Of a DNA stretch of 49,983 nucleotides, positions 46,661-49,983 are shown in pieces. The notes under the pieces are model-generated. The model searched no databases. It saw nothing but the letters and a program-made list of their open reading frames with translations, and was not told the origin of the DNA. This DNA is from Thermoprotei archaeon (GTDB lineage: Archaea; Thermoproteota; Thermoprotei; Thermofilales; B69-G16). The DNA is taken from positions 1-49,983 of the forward strand of contig QMRG01000002.1 of the NCBI GenBank assembly GCA_003649235.1, read 5' to 3'. The position numbers and the translations under genes were made by a program. How positions within the stretch are numbered: the stretch's first letter is position 1; each line of letters opens with the position of its first letter.

Positions 46661-46852
46661 GTGAAAATGCCTAGAATCTATAAGTGCAGCTTTTGCGGAA
46701 AAGAAATAATGCCTGGAACGGGAATAGTATTCGTTAAAAACGATGGCACTATCCTCAGATTCTGCTCGAGAAAATGCCGTGTAAGCATGCTCAAATATAA
46801 ACGCAATCCTAAAAAGCTCAAATGGACGCGAGTATACATTCCCCACAGGTAA
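46661..46852 (+). CDS. rpl24e: 50S ribosomal protein L24e
   Basis: [31 protein letters not shown]. The start is either GTG 46661 or ATG 46667. Confidence 0.92.
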   Translation: MKMPRIYKCSFCGKEIMPGTGIVFVKNDGTILRFCSRKCRVSMLKYKRNPKKLKWTRVYIPHR

Positions 46853-46867
46853 AATAACGGTGTTGCC

Positions 46868-48643
46868 GTGAGCCGGAAAATAAGATCTCCTATTGTAGTT
46901 GTACTTGGACACGTAGATGTAGGCAAGACAGCTTTATTAGATAAGATCAGAGGCACTGCCGTAATGAGACGAGAACCAGGAACAATGACGCAACATATAG
47001 GCGCTTCTTTTCTTCCTTGGAATATTCTTAAACTAATGTGCGGAGACCTGGCGAAAGGGTTAAGACACGACATAATACTTCCAGGTTTGTTAGTTATAGA
47101 TACTCCGGGCCATGAGGCTTTTGTAAACCTAAGGCGGAGAGGCGGAGGAATAGCAGATATCGCTATACTAGTAGTTGATATTAACAAAGGTTTTGAAAAA
47201 CAAACATATGAATCACTCGAAATATTAAAAGCTCGGAGAACTCCTTTCTTGATAGCTGCTAATAAAATAGATAAAATACCGGGTTGGACTCCTAATCCAG
47301 ATCAACCTTTCATATATACAGTTAAGAAACAAGACCCGGATGTAATCGCACGTTTAGAAGAACTTCTATACTATATTATTAGCGAAATGGAAAAACAAGG
47401 ATTTAGAGCAGATAGGTATGATCGAATTAGAGATTTCACTAAAGTCGTGGCTATTATACCTACAAGCGCCGTTACTGGTGAGGGAATCCCTGACCTTCTT
47501 TTGGTGCTAGCTGGTTTAGCACAGAGATTCATGCTGGAACGCTTGAAGACTAGTGAAGGACCTGGAAGAGGAGTAGTTTTAGAAGTTAGAGAAGAAAGAG
47601 GTTTAGGCACTACAATAGCGGTAATTCTTTATGACGGCACGATAAAGAAGGGCGATATTATAGTTGTGGGCGGTAGGGAAAAACCGATTATAACTAAAGT
47701 TAGAGCCTTGCTAATGCCTAAGCCTTTAGATGAGATGAGATCCCCCGAGGATAAGTTTATGAGCTTAGATGAAGTAAGTGCTGCAGCAGGAGTTCTCATA
47801 GTGGCTCCAGAATTGGATGATGCATTAGCAGGAGCCCCTGTTATAGTAGTAAAGAATGAAAATGAAATTGAAAAAGTGAAGGGTTTTGTAGCCGAGGAAA
47901 TCGCAAGTATAAAAGTTTCGAAAGAAACTGCTGGATTAGTTGTTAAAACTGATACGCTAGGCTCTCTCGAGGCTCTAGTAGGCTATATAGAGGCTCAAGG
48001 ATTCCCAGTCCGTTATGCAGATGTGGGGCCAGTAGTTAAAAGAGATATCATAGAAGCTTCACTTACAAAGAAGGAGAATAGATTCTTAGCAGCTATCATA
48101 GCTTTCAACGTGAAAATTACAGAAGATGCTAAAGAATTAGCAAGAGAATACGGAGTCCCCATATTTGAAGGGAATATTATCTATAGAGTTGTAGAAGACT
48201 TTGTTAAATGGTATCGTGAAATGCGTGAAAAGGAAAAAAGACAAACATTAGAGAAACTAATTCTACCCGGCGCTATAAGAATACTACCTGGCTATGTTTT
48301 TAGGAGAAGTAATCCAGTAATAGTCGGTGTAGAGATACTCGAAGGAAGAATACGGCGCGGCGCTCCTTTAATGAGAGAAGATGGCAAGAAAATCGGTGAA
48401 ATAATGCAAATACAGGAGCATGGAAAACCTCTAAATGAGGCAGAAAAAGGTATGGCAGTCGCTATATCGATTAGAGGCAAAGTTATGGTTGGAAGGCAGA
48501 TAAACGAAGGCGATATACTCTATGTAGATGTACCCTTGGATCATGTCGACATATTATTATCTAAATTTAAAGAAGATTTATCGGATAGCGAGATAGAATT
48601 ATTGAAAAAAATTAGAAAGATAAAGGTTAAACTAAGAAGCTAG
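46868..48643 (+). CDS. infB: translation initiation factor aIF5B (IF2 homolog)
   Basis: GHVDVGKTALLDKIRGT, DTPGHEAF, and NKID. At 591 aa it carries no intein. GTG start. Confidence 0.95.
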   Translation: MSRKIRSPIVVVLGHVDVGKTALLDKIRGTAVMRREPGTMTQHIGASFLPWNILKLMCGDLAKGLRHDIILPGLLVIDTPGHEAFVNLRRRGGGIADIAILVVDINKGFEKQTYESLEILKARRTPFLIAANKIDKIPGWTPNPDQPFIYTVKKQDPDVIARLEELLYYIISEMEKQGFRADRYDRIRDFTKVVAIIPTSAVTGEGIPDLLLVLAGLAQRFMLERLKTSEGPGRGVVLEVREERGLGTTIAVILYDGTIKKGDIIVVGGREKPIITKVRALLMPKPLDEMRSPEDKFMSLDEVSAAAGVLIVAPELDDALAGAPVIVVKNENEIEKVKGFVAEEIASIKVSKETAGLVVKTDTLGSLEALVGYIEAQGFPVRYADVGPVVKRDIIEASLTKKENRFLAAIIAFNVKITEDAKELAREYGVPIFEGNIIYRVVEDFVKWYREMREKEKRQTLEKLILPGAIRILPGYVFRRSNPVIVGVEILEGRIRRGAPLMREDGKKIGEIMQIQEHGKPLNEAEKGMAVAISIRGKVMVGRQINEGDILYVDVPLDHVDILLSKFKEDLSDSEIELLKKIRKIKVKLRS

Positions 48644-48720
48644 CTAAGTTCACTGAAGATTTTTATAATTTTCTAGCATAATGTCCAAGACATCTGTAAT
48701 GCTTCTGGGATAAACTACTC

Positions 48721-49983
48721 TTAAATTTTCAATAATTTCCTCCAAATGCCCCAGCAAGTCGCTTTAAAAGGGTCTATAATTCTATTCATTAGTGGAATAT
48801 AGAGAGAAGGAAATAGTATAGCATCATCTATGAGCAGATTGTTCGCTATAAATACTAAGATTTGCTGTAACCCGGGAATATATTCCTTTTTACAGATTAC
48901 TTGGACTCCGTGAATATCTCTGGTTACCCTATCCGCTATGATTTTTACAAATATTTCGTCTTTGTCTCCATGACTAGTTGTATCACTCGTGTAGAAATGA
49001 TGACGAGCTGAAACTATTCTTCTACCAACTTTAACTATGTTATCTGAGGTAAAACCAGCGGAGAAAACTATTCTTTCCCCTAGAGGTATTTCATATAGGG
49101 GAAATAATCTTTTTATCCTGTAATTAAAGCCTTCAATGTTTAAAGCTGAGACCACACCTTGAAGAATGGATAAGCTATCAGATAAATGGGTAAAGCTTAT
49201 CCCTGTTTTTTCATCTAAGCACTCTGCAACGGTGCCAGCAGCGAAGACGTTTTTGGTCGCCTTCATGTAGTTATCCACCATTATGCCTCCCACTTTGCCA
49301 ATAGGAAGCCCCTCAATGCCGGGAACAAGTGGTCTAGTATAGCCTCGAATCACTAGTATCCTATTATTTGCAACTTTGCTCCAATCCATTTCTTTAAACA
49401 CTAGATTACTCGGTATTATCTTTTTAAGAATTTTAAACATATCCTCGTCTAATACTTGACCATGTTTATAATCAAAGAACAACTCAATGTCAAAATTTGC
49501 ACATGCCAGTTTATAAGCTATGTCTAAACCTTGAAAACCTCCTATTATCCCGATTTTCTCATGTTTATCTAATTCTTGAATTCTCTCAGCGAGACGTAAA
49601 GCTTCTTCAACTTTTTCTAAAGGATAAATTTCTCTATTTTTATCCGCAAGCTTTCTAGGAACTTTCAATGCCTTAACTCCAGTAGATATAAGTATTTTAT
49701 CCCAGTACTCTAGATCATACTCTTCACCTGCCACTATCAACTTTCCATTTTTTGCAATGGTATTGGCTAGATTTTTCACTTTTTTAATTTCCACTCTCTC
49801 AACGTATTCTAGAAAGCTTTTCGGAAAGATTACCGAGAATGATGGTTTTATCTCATCTACTACAATCCCCGGTAGTAGACTACGTAAATATCCCGGAAAA
49901 TCGGTATCGCAGATTAAAGTTATCTGAGAGGAAGGATCGATTTTTCTAATCCAGTGAATTGCATAAACACCAGCTAAATCTCC
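48721..49983 (-). CDS. FAD/NAD(P)-dependent pyridine nucleotide-disulfide oxidoreductase family protein; N-terminus cut by the window edge
   Basis: The track starts it at GTG 49794, but the same frame stays open to base 49983: G-DLAGVYAIHWIRKIDPSSQITLI..., the end of a GxGxxG FAD fold. A second dinucleotide fold is KIGIIGGFQGLDIAYKLA, and AAGTVAE lies near the C-terminal third. Confidence 0.68.
   Translation of the reverse strand, partial: GDLAGVYAIHWIRKIDPSSQITLICDTDFPGYLRSLLPGIVVDEIKPSFSVIFPKSFLEYVERVEIKKVKNLANTIAKNGKLIVAGEEYDLEYWDKILISTGVKALKVPRKLADKNREIYPLEKVEEALRLAERIQELDKHEKIGIIGGFQGLDIAYKLACANFDIELFFDYKHGQVLDEDMFKILKKIIPSNLVFKEMDWSKVANNRILVIRGYTRPLVPGIEGLPIGKVGGIMVDNYMKATKNVFAAGTVAECLDEKTGISFTHLSDSLSILQGVVSALNIEGFNYRIKRLFPLYEIPLGERIVFSAGFTSDNIVKVGRRIVSARHHFYTSDTTSHGDKDEIFVKIIADRVTRDIHGVQVICKKEYIPGLQQILVFIANNLLIDDAILFPSLYIPLMNRIIDPFKATCWGIWRKLLKI

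Noticed and set aside
46604-46912. 102-aa minus-strand ORF across the rpl24e locus
   Set aside because: It is antisense to rpl24e, whose zinc-ribbon translation is unmistakable.
1-49983. Search for CRISPR repeats, IS elements or transposases, integrases, toxin-antitoxin pairs, restriction-modification or other defence modules, and long direct repeats
   Set aside because: None was seen on reading both strands. Every ORF above about 100 aa that is not an antisense shadow is either a recognisable housekeeping or informational gene, or a conserved archaeal protein of unknown function embedded in such operons.

Overview
AT-rich, very gene-dense archaeal chromosome segment of about 65 genes. Many neighbours overlap by 1-50 nt and there is almost no non-coding DNA. 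Gene content and order match a core informational region of a crenarchaeal/TACK-type (Thermoproteota-like) genome. Left to right: rps6e-aIF2gamma. The exosome/proteasome/RNase P superoperon (rpl15e, DUF54-like, Rpp30, Pop5, then sua5 and a small membrane gene, psmA, SBDS, rrp4-rrp41-rrp42, rpl37ae, Brix). An adkA-orphan-GPN GTPase operon and a cDPG-synthetase-like P-loop gene. The PIN/Fcf1-rpoE'-spt4-DUF359-rps24e-rps27ae-kae1-bud32 block. rps15 plus a RecJ/GAN-like gene, and two Pcc1-fold genes around rps3ae and pfdB. tRNA/rRNA maturation genes (Trm11-like, RNase Z, Trm1, fibrillarin-Nop5, Gar1, LigT, CCA enzyme). rps8e, SRP19, gatD-gatE, rps30e and tfb. One tRNA-Pro(GGG) with about 26 extra nt in the variable region. 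Hel308, gins23-like plus mcm, rps28e-rpl7ae, rpl24e-aIF5B, and a partial flavoprotein oxidoreductase. I found no CRISPR array, IS/transposase, integrase, toxin-antitoxin or recognisable defence gene, and no long repeats. I see no convincing evidence for a new multi-gene system here. The items most worth a second look are single genes or gene pairs: a Pcc1 paralog (candidate Pcc2), a winged-helix plus 4-Cys ORF beside tfb, a TFB with a non-canonical B-reader, an orphan Cys-containing ORF coupled to the GPN GTPase, an atypical kinase-like gene coupled to cca, and the intron-bearing tRNA. All protein calls rest on motifs and synteny recognised by eye from the translations. No database search was run.
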